Assembly (NCBI RefSeq): GCF_004010195.1
Contig: NC_057718.1
Location: forward strand, 50,849,018 to 50,913,017
DNA length: 64,000 bases
Reading direction: 5' to 3'
Source of the DNA: Chiloscyllium plagiosum
Taxonomy: Eukaryota
Shown here one piece after another: positions 38,378-51,886 of this stretch. Below the pieces are notes generated by a model. The model had not been told where the DNA came from. It searched no databases and saw nothing but the letters and a program-made list of their open reading frames with translations. Both the position numbers and the translations under genes were made by a program. How positions within the stretch are numbered: the first letter of the stretch is position 1; every line of letters starts with the position of its first letter.

Positions 38378-41034
38378 CATCACACTTGTACGATTTCTCG
38401 TGCAGGACAAGGTGACATACCAGGGAGGCCACAGATTCTAAATGGTGGAGAACAAAGTTGCAAGTCTTATCATCCACGAATGAGACAGTATGCAACATTA
38501 TGGGAACAATCATTTCTAAGGTCATGGGCTGTGCAGGCTATGAAACCATTAAAGATCAAGATATCCTCATATCAATTCCTTCATCTTGCATCTCACTTCA
38601 TCCTCTTCTTTCAATCTCTTCTGATTTAGAAGCTTCTGATGGTGTAATCATACACTTCTTACTTCACTTTGTCTAAAAATCCACAATGTGACAGTGCCAA
38701 AGACTTTATTTGCCCAGCAAGAGCATTTGTAACATCCTAAGATTAAGGGCTTTGCTTCAGTGAAAACTGGTTTCTTTGAAGTCAACACTAGCTTGATTTC
38801 TCCAATTTCATGGAAATGGCACAATACCAAACCCAGCCTCTACCATTCAGAAGATGGGGAAATGGGGTGGGGGCTGATTTGTGTGTCCACATCTACTGGA
38901 GGATTGTGTTAAAATGCAGCTACCTTAATCAAATGTGATTTTTGAGAGACATCCAGAATTTAACTTGTGCACTTTGGACTTGGAAGGAAAAATGTCTAAA
39001 CTTGTCTGAATTGTTTGGAGACGTTTGCTATCCTTTTGGGATAAGTTTTGGAGAAGTTAAATGCTCTTCAAAATTGTTAAAATAACATATGGATGTGTAT
39101 ACAAACTGTATAAAACTCATTGGAACTGTCAAGCTAATTGGAAATGTCAAGCAAACTAGCCAAATGAATGGTTAGGCTTTTTCAAAGCATTTAAATCTTC
39201 TGGCCTTTAAACATTTGAAGCATTTTGTGATGTTAAAAAAAAACCCTTGTTATTTCATCCTGGCTAAAATTTATCTAAGACTGAGGTTATAAGTAGAGAA
39301 GGAGTGCTGCATGGCTAATTTCAGAAACTATCTCCGTGGCAGTGAGTTCACAATTTCATTGTCAGCTCCAATTGATTATAAAATCATGTGCATTGCTGAA
39401 TGATTACCAAAGCTTGTTTTTATAAAGGATTTGAAAAGATAAAAAGTTCTAACTTATTAAGAAAAATGTGTTTATTTCTAAATGATAAATCCTCATGAAT
39501 CATTTAATTCATCAATGGATACATAAGGATTTTAAATAAACTCAGCATGGATCCTGAGGTCTAACTCTGGTGGATACTGGGTGGGTTTGCTCGGTAGATC
39601 TCAGAATAAAGGTCAGTGGCAGGGGGTATGAATTGACGTAAATTTGAACTATGTTGGCATTTGTATGGTAGAGAATCTTGAGAGAGTTGACAGGGGTGTA
39701 GTTTGGCGAAGAGGTGTTGAAAGGTTAGAGTGGCATGAGACATCATGAGTTGGCATGGATAGGGCGTTTATTTTTTCTGTTGTGCTGTAGCATGAGTTTA
39801 GACATTTCCCCAGAGCTCTACAATCAGCAGCCCCTGTTCTTGCCTTCACACTAATTACCTTCATGATTCTCATTTTTACCTGCCATCTCTACTCCCCCAT
39901 GCCATCCATGAGGTATAGTGGCATAAGAGCCAGTCAGGCAGACCACAGCACAGGGTGGGGTGGAAGAGTCACTGAGAACAGGCAGGATCACTTCTCTAGT
40001 TACATTCTTTGTTATCATGAGATCTATTCATGTTTCCTGGAGTACCCCAAAAGCAGAGTCTCTGAAGCCAGTTGGGAGGCTGCCAGACTTTGCCTGGCAA
40101 TCTCTTCACACACAATGGCCCCACACTCCATTTCCACTTCCATAACAAAAGTGCCTTGAGGTGGTGTGGATCCTATTCAAGAGAAAGAGTGTGGTAAATG
40201 CTTAGAATCATAGGACTAGACTAGACTATTTGGTGAGTATTTTGGATTGGTAATAACTAAGGAAGAAGAATGTGACAAAATATCAATTGAAGTAGAAATA
40301 GTAAAAACAATGATAAGTGTATAAATTGAATGAGAGGAGCTACTGGGAAGGCTGTATATGCTAATGGCATATAGGTCATTTGGTTTGCATCTCAGGTTGC
40401 TAAAGGAATTGTGGCTTACCTCTACAAGCCTGCAACTCAAAGCTGCCTATTGTTGCTGACCTTGTGAATTTTCAATTATTAATGAGCATTTGGGAGAGGG
40501 AAGTGGTTTGCAAGAGACACAGTGAGAGGGAAGTTCTCAGAAATGATTGGTGGAGGATCAATAAAAGAGAGATGCAGCAAATGTGGTCAGTGATAATGAG
40601 GATGTCAGGGAGTGCAAGAGATAGTGAGTTGGAGAGGGTGTGAATTGCAGTGCTGGGAAACCAGAGGGATAGAGAGCTGAAGAGGTGTCAAGCCAGAAAG
40701 TAGGATAAATAATGAGCCAGAGCTAAATCAAAAAAGCCAGCACTTCTTTTATGTTATTAAACTCATTTATTTTTAAGTTTATTTCAATTATAAATACAGG
40801 AATTTAGCAATGTAAAATGTATTTGTTGAAAATTATATTGGATTTTTATCTCTGATAAGGAAAGTTCTTGAGGGCCTAACTATTATTTTTGCATTGTATA
40901 TATGTGAATATTTGATTTGTTTTACTTTCAGTAAGTGACAGTTTACAGTACAGTGTAAAATTTCCAATTTTGTTGATACTGCCAAATGTGGAGGGTGACA
41001 AACAGTGAGGTTGTTACGAGTTAATATAATGGAA

Positions 41035-41335
41035 TGTAGATTGACTAGCAGAATGGATGAAAAATATTGTCAGATGGAAATTGATGCAGATAATTGGGAG
41101 ATGATACATTTTGACAGAAGGGACAGGGAGTGGACTTAATGGTATAATTCTAAAGAGTGTGCAGGAATGGTGGGACTGCAGGATGTATGTGCATTGATCT
41201 TTGACTGTGACAGAATATACTGAGAGATTGAATAGCAAACATATGGGAGCTTGGGCATCACTAAAAAAAAGATATTGAGAACAGAAACAGGGACATTATG
41301 TTGAACTTTAATGAAGCTCTGATTTGGCCTCAACT
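41035..41335 (+). mobile_element. Old CR1 RT fragment
   Basis: Degenerate homology to 27400-27710. Confidence 0.55.
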
Positions 41336-41709
41336 GTTATGACATGCATTAATTCTGATTTGATGAGAAATAATTAATTCTCTTGAGTAACTTAGTAATA
41401 TTCTCAGCCAATCAAGTTTGCGTATAATCACGATTCTGGAAGGAAGGTTGGCAAACAGTCCACCATTTCATTGGCAAGAAGCCAATACCCCCTAAATTGG
41501 CATTAAAGTAACCATCAGTGATACCATTTGACTGAGAAATTAGCACAAAAGCATTCTTAGGACATTCTTCAGCTTTGGTTCTGAATACTTACTCGTCAGA
41601 ACAGAATTACTATTACGGCAATCTTATTGATCACAGGTCCATGTCCATGCAAACATGATTAGCGATAACTAGGGTGTCAGGGAGTGTGACAGGTGGTGTG
41701 TTAGAAAGG

Positions 41710-41730
41710 AGGGGGGGGGGGGGGGGGGGG
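41710..41730 (+). repeat. Poly-G run
   Basis: Homopolymer. Confidence 0.9.
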
Positions 41731-42401
41731 TGAGCTGCAGTGCGAGAAACCAGACGGGTAGAATTTTCTGCAAAACTGCAAAGCTTGACCTACTACAGAA
41801 TTCACTGACAAACATCTCAACTGTGCAATGTGTGGCCAAATACTAACCTCCACATAACCTCCACAGTCCCAGTGATATCCATAATTGTATATATTAATAG
41901 CTTATCACGTCACATGGAGCTTTCACAATTAAAGATTGTTTTGTTTCCAAACTTAATGTAAAAGTAAAAACATTTCTGTTCCAAAGGTATTTGCCTGAAT
42001 GATGACTTTTCTTATATATTATCCATTTACCTGGGTTTTCCTACCTTATGATTTTAACAGGTCAGCTTTTAAGCTATTTCTGCAAGGTAAAATTCCATGC
42101 ACCTTCAGTTAATTTAAATAAGAAATCTGCAATATGGTTAATTTTTGTTGATAGCAGCTAATTGCAATAGTTTGCCATCAAACTATTCATCCAGTACATT
42201 TACTGAATCCTATGAAAAGTGCTTCCCAAAAAATACGACAATAATTCAGATGTACATTTATTTCCCTCCATCAAGTGAAGGTCTGACTGGTCCTCCAATG
42301 TTTTGCACAATCTATTGAATGTGGTATATTCATTAGAATAAAAGAAAATCACAGTTCCTAATTTTTAATTGAGGTTTGGCTAACCTTTTTGTCTTTCATG
42401 A

Positions 42402-42760
42402 GGGGCAGCAGATGTAGGGTTGCACTGTGGTACAGCCTCACAGTGCCAGGGACCCAGGTTTGATTCCAGACTTGGATTTCTGTCTCTGTGGATTTTGCAT
42501 GTTTTCCCCTTAACTGTCTGGGTTTCCACTAGGTGCTGCGGTTTCCTTTCACAGTTCAAAGGTGTGCAGGTTAGGTGGACTGGCTATGCTAACTTGCCCC
42601 GTAGTGTCCAAGAATCTGCAAAGTAGATGGATTAGCCATGGAAATGTAGGGTTATGGGTGATAGGGTTGGGCATGAGTCTGAGTGGGATGCCGTTCAGAG
42701 GGTCAGTGCAGTCTCAATGGGGTGAATGGCCTCCATCTGCATTGTAGACATCCTGTGATC
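42402..42760 (+). mobile_element. HE1-type SINE (diverged)
   Basis: gcctcacagtgccagggacccaggtttgattcc head plus core and tail. Confidence 0.8.
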
Positions 42761-45022
42761 GGAAAGAATGAAGGTCCAGATTTTCTGTCAGTGGCAATGC
42801 TGCCCTTTATGTTTTAAACGTGCAGAGCTTTTTGGGGATTTTTCAGTTAAGATTCCTGATCCCAGAGAAGACAAAACTCCCTTTTTACGACATTAGCTGC
42901 TGACTTCGAGTAAGATTTTGAAGCTCTCAAGTTTTTCTTGACTTAGTGAGTCAGTGCGTGAGTGATTGAGTGAGTGACTGACTATCTGGATCAGGATTGG
43001 TGGGCAGATGTTCAGGTTAGGTCACTGTTTGGATGATTGGGGAAGTTGCTTCTGGTGCTCAGCTCAGTGACACAATCATATATTTGTGTTGTCCCACATA
43101 TTGATCAGTGTAACATTTCCAAGGTAATCGTCCAAATAAATCCTTTTGGTTTGGCCCACATCTCACCAAGTTCAGTGTCAAAGTCTTTCATGTAGCATCC
43201 TCAGCCGTACAAATTGCACCATTATAATTTAAACTCCCTGGGCAACAACAGCACATATGCATATACAAGGATTTCCACAGGGTCTCAACGTGCTGTGTTC
43301 AAGTTCAAATTCAAATTTCTCGACACAGAATCCAAAATGGCAGACTGAGAATCGCATGGATCTTGCAGCTGCTCCTAAGATTGTAGGCTTATTCCTAGAT
43401 TTACTTTCCGATTTCTGTCTATGCAACACATAGATAATTCCTGCATCACTGATGTGAGCATCAAAAGATTTAGGCTGTTTGATAACTGCATCCTAATTAT
43501 TCTCTTTCTTTTTCTCATCTTTCTAATGATGCAGAAAAGGATCTGGGAAATGCCCCAATTCTGGGCTGGAAGGGATGTGTTCAAATTACACCAACTCTTG
43601 AGGTGTATCCTAACACGTCAGAACACATTGATTATGTAAGAACTAAGAGTAGGGGTAGGCAATGTAGCCCCTTGAGCTTACTCCATTATTTAATACAATC
43701 AGCACACAGAATGCCTCAGTGTGCCTCATACTACCTATGTCTTATGTCATGTCCTCCAAATGTTGCCCACTGTTACTCTAAATTCCTTTGTATCATATTT
43801 TGGAGCTGATTAGTTTGTCAGTATACTTTGCCATTAACTCTTCTGACACCAAACCACATTAACTTCCAAACAATTTAACGGCAGAATTTCGTAAGGTCTG
43901 ATTTAACACAGGAGGGCGGTCAAATAGAATGCAATATTAATTTTGCTAATGCCTGGCAGTCCAAAGGAAAATACGAGCATTGACGAGTGGAGATCCAAAT
44001 GTTGTCCCTACTTTTACCAGCTGTTCTTCAGAGTTCAACAGAAACTTTGACAAACCGAACAACATGAAGAATGTGAGCAGGGCGACGTTTGTGGGTGGGA
44101 TATGGTGGTAGCGGATCAAAAAAACCAGACAGCCAACTACACAATGTTTGCAGGGGGGCTCGCCTGGGGTGACATGTAGCTGTCAGACTGGTGATCACAA
44201 CTTTAACCCATTCAGCCTTGAGGCTAAAAGAGGCACAGATCAAATGCTCGGACATTTTTACAGAAGAAAGATATAACTCAAATCAATCCTGTAAAAAAAA
44301 GTTATTTTTGAAAGCCTGAGATTTATCTTAGCACTTGAGTACTGTCTTGCATACAAAGGATGTGTTGTCACAAATGAAGAGTGACATTCAGGTCACTCAG
44401 GTTCTGTCCAATGAATTTATAAAGAAGGTGGTTCAGAGCCTATTCCAAATGCCTGGAACTCTTCATTGATTCAGAAATTATCCTGCAGGATAGTTCAAAA
44501 CATTTCAATTGTGAAGCATGTGGAACAGGTCACCAGCCTTCAAGTCTGCAACTTTCACCTGCCCTATCACCTCGTCTTTTCCCTGCACAGACTGTAATAA
44601 CTAAGAGGAAGAACAAATAATTTGCTGTGCAACAAAGAAAAAATATTTCATTGGAAAGAGAAAAATAAATCGAAGGAGGTTTGGAGCTGAATAATAAGGT
44701 GAGAGTAGCAACCATGTAAAATTGGGAAAGGCAAAGGGACAAGAAAGAAGCAACGAGAACAGCATCTCTTGCTTGATCATAGGGATATTATGCTCAAGGA
44801 CGAACCTGCTACCTTCTCCAACAAATAATGCACATGAAAGACATTTGATGTGCAGTATGAAGCCAAGTAAGTGAAATTTGATCCACATATATGGAGGAAA
44901 GCAACAAAAAGAACCAACACAGAATATTCTGGTGGGTCTGGACATTTTTATTCTCAAAAATCGCTAATTTTTAATCAATATTTAATTCTTAAGATTTATG
45001 ATGGAGACACAGACACGGAGGT

Positions 45023-45048
<26 letters not shown>
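45023..45048 (+). repeat. Poly-G run
   Basis: Homopolymer. Confidence 0.9.
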
Positions 45049-45053
<5 letters not shown>

Positions 45054-45164
45054 AGGGCAACATCAAAATAATATGAACGCAGATGATTCTTTTTTGTAAA
45101 CACAGTGAATATGGCATAAAAATAGATAATTCCCATTGCAAGAAAACAGACAGAATGGAATAAA

Positions 45165-45330
45165 ATGTATTATACAATCCTTCCATGACTACAGGACGTC
45201 TCAAAACCTTTGACAGCAAAACATGTATATTTTAAAGAGTAGTCACTACCATAACATACAAATCACAGTAGCCAATTTATATGCAGCAGACTTCCACAAG
45301 CATCAATGTAATAAAGACAGAGTATCTGGG
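45165..45330 (-). mobile_element. Deu-SINE/L2-type 3' tail fragment
   Basis: Reverse complement resembles 57120-57255. Confidence 0.5.
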
Positions 45331-46134
45331 ATCATTTGATCATTGGAACATTGGAATGCTGGATTTGATTTTTGAGCAGCCATTCCAGAGTAGTATTTGA
45401 ATACAGAATATTCTGGCTCAAAAAGCAAAGGTGCAGACAAATGCCTGAAGTAATGGATAGCATACAAAAGTGAGAAGTATAGAAATGCAGTGAAAATAGT
45501 TAATAAACTGTTGAGGAAAGCAGGATTCAATTTTTACGAGAGGTAAATTGTTAAATCATTAATTTGGATGCATTTCCCCTATAATTGCATATCAAAAACT
45601 TGCCAGAGCTTGGCATGTCAAATATTTGGCAAGGAAATAACAAATCTAACAAGACAGCAGCTTCTGTGGAGGTTTCCATAAGAATTACAGAAATCTGTCT
45701 CACAGAAGGGAATCATTCTCAAAGATTTCAGCTCATCATTTCAGGGCAAGTCCCAATGATAGAGTAAAGTTGAGCAACCGTGCATGGTAGCACTATTTAT
45801 ATCTCACAGCTACCATTTGTAGTGTTGTACACAGTCAATGCCCATTTGCACTTATTTTATTCACAGTACCAAAGTCATATGAACACTTTTCTTGAGATTA
45901 AGATCTGGAGAGAAAGCATAAGAAACAGAGGGCACAGTTCTCAGGATGAAGGTGGTTTAAAGCTTTCATGTGGGACCACTCATCATGGCAGAGGCTCATC
46001 TTTGTTTAATCTCCTTCAAAATGTTAAGACATGATGGAATGCCATAAAATGAACAACTTCTAATTATCGAGCTTTTCAGAGAAGTAATGCCTGATAAAAG
46101 TGATACATTTTTAAGAGCATATTAAAGTGGGAGA

Positions 46135-46880
46135 TTTTTTAAATTTATTCATTTTACTAGAATGTGGGCATCATTGGCTAGCTATCATTTACAGCCCGTC
46201 CCTAGTTGCTCTTGAGAAGGTGGTGGTGAGCTGTCTTCTTGAACAGCTGCAGTCCCACCTGCAGTGGGTTGACCAACAATGCAATTAGGGAGGGAATTCC
46301 AGAAATCTAACCCAGTGATAGTGAAGTAAAAGTGATATATTTCCAAATCAGGATGGTGAGTGGCTTGGAGGGGAACTTGAAGGTTGTAGTGTTCCCAAAT
46401 ATCTGTTGCCCTTGCTCTTCTAGATGGAAGTGGTTGTGGGTTTTGAAGGTGCTATCTGAGAATCTTTGGTGAATTTCTGCAGTGCACCTTGTAGATAGAA
46501 CACATTACTGCTACTGAGCGTCAGTGGTGGAGGAAGTGGATGCTTGTGGATATGGTGCCAATCCAGCAGGCTGCTTTGTTCTGGATGGGGTCAAGCTTCT
46601 TGAGTGTTGTTGGGGCTGCAATCATCCAGGCAAGTGGGAGTATTCCATCACAAGCCTGACTTGTGATTTGTAGATGGTGGACAGGCTTTCAGGAGTCAGA
46701 AGATGAGTTATTCACCCAATATTCCTAGCTTCTGACCTGCTCGGGTAGTCACTGCATTTATGTGGCCAGTCTAGTTAAGTTTCTGATCAATGATTACTCC
46801 CAGGATGTTGATAGTTGAGGATTCAGCGATGGTAACACTATTAAATGTCAAGGGGAGGTGGTTAGATTGTGTCTTGTTGC
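46135..46880 (-). mobile_element. Non-LTR retrotransposon 3' part (same family as 16564-17345)
   Basis: SNHLPLTFNSVTIAESSTINILGVIIDQKLN followed by a degenerate C-terminus and 3' UTR. Confidence 0.8.
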
Positions 46881-47644
46881 TGATGGAAGTAGGAAGTGTA
46901 GAAGCAGAGATATTTAACAAAAGAATTCCAGAGAATGGAATTTGGGAGTGGAATGCATAACTGCCAGTGATGGGAGCAAGGAGAGGAGGTAATGCAAAAG
47001 AGGTGATAATGGAAGGAACAAAGAACGCAAAATAGAGTTCAGGGAAGCTATAATTGTGGTGAGGCACAATGAAGCAAGTCAACTCAAGCATGATGATATT
47101 ACATGTTGGATGCTTATCACAGCTCAGCATTATGTTAGATTCACCTGGTAGATTTACTGCTGCAATCTTCTTTCCTGGTCAGGATCTATCGGGGTTGCTT
47201 TGGTCACAGCAGAGGAAAACCACCAGGGGAGCCTAACAAGAGTTTTCTGTCTTATATAAGGTGTAGTTAGTTGCTTGTTTAAAAACTAGGTACATGTTAC
47301 ATTTGTATGAAAAATATTGTTCAAGAGAATATCAGAGGGACCTCAATGTTAGGTCTTATCCCTCACATTGTTTCCCCACCTGAGTCTGTCTGTCATCATT
47401 TAATACATTCCTCAGCATTAACCCATTCAAGCCCTTCCACCCTTATAGAACAAAAGATAAGAATTCGGATTGGAGGCACCAGTGATCTGGGAGCAAGTAT
47501 AATTGAACCTGGACAAAGGTACTAATTGACTGGGACAGAAGCAGATGTTTGGATGAGTTGACGTTTATACAGAAGAAAGAAAGGATGATATCCGGAGAGC
47601 ACTGAATAGTCAAAATGCAATACTGTATTAATTTTTTTTCTGGG

Positions 47645-47878
47645 AGAAAGTGAGGTTTGCAGATGCTGGAGATCAGAGCTGAAAATATGTTGCTGGAAAA
47701 GTGCAGCAGGTCAGGCAGTATCCAGGAAGCAGGAGAATCGATGTTTCGGGCATGAGCCTGAATTCCTGAAGATTCCTGAAGGATTCCTGAAGAAGGGCTC
47801 ATGCCCGAATCGTCGATTCTCCTGCTCCTTGGATGCTGCCTGACCTGCTGCGCTTTTCCAGCAACACATTTTCAGCTC
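47645..47878. mobile_element. PLE-derived fold-back mini-element with hammerhead and 16-bp TSD
   Basis: Long inverted arms; flanks taattttttttctggg (47629-47644) and taatttttattctggg (47879-47894). Confidence 0.9.
47787..47814 (+). ncRNA. Minimal hammerhead ribozyme motif
   Basis: CTGAAGA-A-GGGC-TCAT-GCCC-GAATCGTC; CUGANGA box kept, stem II kept with a different loop. Confidence 0.65.
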
Positions 47879-49117
47879 TAATTTTTATTCTGGGTTGCCA
47901 TACACACGCAATCTGGACCATCAGGGATACTCACTGGTGACAGTCACCTCAGAAGCTCTTCAATAAAGGCACAGTACAGATATGACTGTCATCCTGTGAG
48001 CCTGTAACAATGACAAAGATATTGATGAATTCTCCACAGGATATGCACTGAGGTAGGATCTGAGGGAAGCAATGTTCTTGGACTAGAAGTAGGAGGTCCT
48101 TATAATGAGGATGACATTGTGACCTTAGCTCAACGCCAAATAGAATGTTGAGGTTACTAAACAGTCACCTCTGGTCAGGGGCAGTGGCTGGTTGAAATGG
48201 TATTAGTGACGCCAATGCAGTGTCTGATAAAGACTCTAGGCCTCCAAATACTTAGCTTGAAGAGTTTGCAGCTGATCCAAAATTGGATGTCTGACAAGCA
48301 GAGCAATAAAGAAGCAGTGTTTGGGAACAAAGGACGTGAAAAGCAAAAGCTGGGTGTCAAAGTGTACTTGGGTATCAAAGACAAGACTGTAGTTTGTTTA
48401 CTGCAGAAACTCAAAATATATATAAACTTTAAATATGTATATAAATAAAAACATGTGCTTAAATAGTAAAGAGAAGATGGATTACTATAATACCTTCCAA
48501 AGCACCTTCTAGTGATTATGACTGGGAACTAGCTACCTCCTTTAATTGTCTCTGATGTGTAGCCCAGGATCTTAGAACGTTGAAATATAAATCTCAAAAT
48601 CAAACTTGGAGACAAACAATGTTGTTTGTAGTTTTATACATATGTTGGCCGGTGTGTCATATGTCACTGACAGTTGGTTCTGTTGAATCAGATATCTTGA
48701 AGTTTAATTACAGTAATAATTATTTATAAGGCTACAATACGATAGACTTAAATGTATGGTCTGTATTCCATGCTTAATGCTGTTGTTGTATGGTAGACAC
48801 AAAAAAGAGACAATGTCACTGTCTCCATTATAAAGAGGGACTGAGTGAAGGTGAAACAGATACCTTTATACTGGAACATTACATATTGGAATGGCATGTA
48901 GCTGTCTTAAAACCACAAGCCTGTCTAGTCTGGAATCAAAGCCAGAATATAATTTGTCCCTGTAAAGAAGGGGAACCCTTTCTTCAATAAACAAGCATGC
49001 AAACAGATATGTTGTCTCTGTACATACAGATTATACTTTAGTCAATGTATGACGCAACCAGATGTAAATCATACACAGTTTTCATGCCTGTGCTATCTGT
49101 CATCACAGATGGATGTC

Positions 49118-51386
49118 AAGATTAGAGTGGTGCTGGAAAGGCACAGCAGACCAGCAGCATCCGAGGAACAGGAAAATCAACCTTTCAGGCAAAAGCCCTT
49201 CATCAAGAATGAGGCTGAGAGCCTCCGAGGTGGAAAGATAAATGGGAGCAAAGTGGGGCTGGGGAGAAGGTAGCTAAGAGTGCAATAGGTGGATGGAGGT
49301 AGGAATGAAGGTGATAGGTTGGAGAGGAGGGTGGAGTGAATAGGTGGGAAGGAAGATTGGCAGGAAGGACAGGTTATAAGAATGGTGCTGAGTTGGCGGG
49401 TTGGAGCTGGGGTAAGGTAGGGGGAGGGGAAATGAGGAAACTGGTGAAGTCCACATTGATGCGATGGGGTTGAAGTGTTCTGAGGTGGAAGATGAGGTGT
49501 TCTTCCTCCAGGCATCAGGTGGTGAGGCAACGGCGGTGGAGGAGGCCCAGGACCTGCATGTCCTCGGCAGAGAGGGAGGGGGAGTTGAAATGTTTGGCCA
49601 CAGGGTGGTGCGGGTGTCCCAGAGATGTTCCCTAAAGCACTCTGCTAGGAGGCGTTCAGTCTCCCCAATGTAGAGGAGATGGCATCGGGAGCAACGGATA
49701 CAATAAATTACACTTGTGGAAGTGAGGGGTGGGGAGGGAAATATATCCCTGGTGGTGGGGTCCATTTGGAGGTGGCAGAAATGTTGGCGGATGATGCGGT
49801 TTATGCGGAGGTTGGTGGGATGGAAGGTGAGCACCAGGTGGGTTCTGTCCTTGTTATAGTTGGAGAGGTGGGGTCTGAGGGCGGAGGTGTGGGATGTGGA
49901 TGAGATGTGTTGGAGGGCATCTTCAACCATGTGGGAGGGAAATTGCGGTTTTTAAAGAAGGAGGTCATCTGGTGTGTTCTGTGGTGAAACTGGTCCTCCT
50001 GGGAGCAGATACGGCAGAGGGAGAGGAATTGGGAATACGGGATTGCATTTTTACAAGAGGCAGGATGAGAAGAGACGTAGTTCAGGTAGTTGTGGGAGTC
50101 AGTGGGTTTGCAAAACTTGTCAGTGTTGAGTCGGTCATCGTTGATGGAGATGGAGAGCTCCAGGAAGGGAGGGAGGTGTCAGAGATGGTTCAGGTGAATT
50201 TAAGGTCAGGGTGCAATGTGTTGGTGAAGTTGATGAACTGCTCAACCTCCTCCCGGGAGCACGAGGTGGCACCAATGCCGGCATCAGTGTAACGGAGGAA
50301 GAGGTGGGGGTGGTGCTGAGCAGTTATGGAAGATGGACTGTTCTATGTAGCCAACAAAGAGACAGGCATAGCTGGGGCCCATACGGGTGCCCATGGCTGC
50401 TCCTTTCATCTGAAGGAAGTGGGAGGATTCGAAGGAGAAATTGTTAAAGGTGAGGACCAGTTCAACCAAACGAATGCCAGCGTCAGTGGAAGTGTACTGT
50501 TGAGGATGTCGGCGAGGAAGAATGGAGGGCTCGGAGGCCCTGGTCATCGCGGATGGAGGTGTAGAGGGATTGGATATCCACGGTGAAGATGAGGTATTGG
50601 GGCTGGGAAACAGAAGTCTTGGAGGAAGTAGAGGGCGTGGGTGGTGTCTTGAACATATGTGGGGAGTCCCTGGACCGGGGGGATAGGACAGTATTGAGGT
50701 AGGTGGAGATGAGTTCGCTAGGACAGGAGCAGTCTGTGACAATGGGTCAGCCAGGGTGGTCAGGCTTGTGGATCTTGGGAAGGAGGTAGAATTGGCAGTG
50801 CCGGGTTCCCGGACTATGAGGTTGGAAGCTGTGGGTGGGAGATCTCCTGAGGTGATGAGATTCTGTATAATCTGGGAGATGATGGTTTGGTGATGAGGGG
50901 TGAGGCCATGGTCGAGGGGACGGTAGGAAGAGCTGTCTATGAGTTGGCGCCTGGCTTCAGCGGTGTAGAGGTCAGTGTGCCAAACTACCACTACACTCCC
51001 TTTATCGCTGGTTTGGTGGTGAGGTTGGGATTGAAGCAGAGGGAGTGAAGGGTGAGAGGTTGGAGTGGGGGAGGAGTGTAGACAGGTTGAGGCGGTTAAT
51101 ATCTCGGTGGCAGTTGGAAATGAAGAGATCGAGGGCGGGTAATAGGCCAGCGTGGGGTGACAAGTGGATGGAGTCTGTTGGAGGTGGGTGATGGGGTCCT
51201 TGAAAGGTGAGTGGGAATCCTGATTGAAAAAGTAAGCTCGGAGACGGAGGCAGTGGAAGAGGTATTCAACATCAAGACGTATATTGAATATGTTGATGCG
51301 TGGATGGAGGGGGATGAAGACCTGTGCTGAGGACTGATCGTTCATTCTCAGTGAGGGGAAGGTCTGGGGGGATGGTGAAAACTCGC
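49118..51386 (-). mobile_element. PLE copy C: RT + GIY-YIG pseudogene with pLTR
   Basis: DKGSVVVVW, FLQMKGAAMGTRMGPSYACLFVG, FLRYTDAGIG (catalytic YxDD lost), VIYCIRCSRCHLLYIGET; linker deleted near 49722; runs into a gap. Confidence 0.92.
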
Positions 51387-51886
51387 NNNNNNNNNNNNNN
51401 NNNNNNNNNNNNNNNNNNNNNNNNNNNNNNNNNNNNNNNNNNNNNNNNNNNNNNNNNNNNNNNNNNNNNNNNNNNNNNNNNNNNNNNNNNNNNNNNNNNN
51501 NNNNNNNNNNNNNNNNNNNNNNNNNNNNNNNNNNNNNNNNNNNNNNNNNNNNNNNNNNNNNNNNNNNNNNNNNNNNNNNNNNNNNNNNNNNNNNNNNNNN
51601 NNNNNNNNNNNNNNNNNNNNNNNNNNNNNNNNNNNNNNNNNNNNNNNNNNNNNNNNNNNNNNNNNNNNNNNNNNNNNNNNNNNNNNNNNNNNNNNNNNNN
51701 NNNNNNNNNNNNNNNNNNNNNNNNNNNNNNNNNNNNNNNNNNNNNNNNNNNNNNNNNNNNNNNNNNNNNNNNNNNNNNNNNNNNNNNNNNNNNNNNNNNN
51801 NNNNNNNNNNNNNNNNNNNNNNNNNNNNNNNNNNNNNNNNNNNNNNNNNNNNNNNNNNNNNNNNNNNNNNNNNNNNNNNNNNNNNN
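51387..51886. other. Assembly gap
   Basis: Run of N. Confidence 1.

Noticed and set aside
47676..47878. DNA-transposon MITE or pre-miRNA
   Set aside because: The arms are PLE pLTR sequence and the TSD is 16 bp, unlike cut-and-paste elements; there is no expression evidence.
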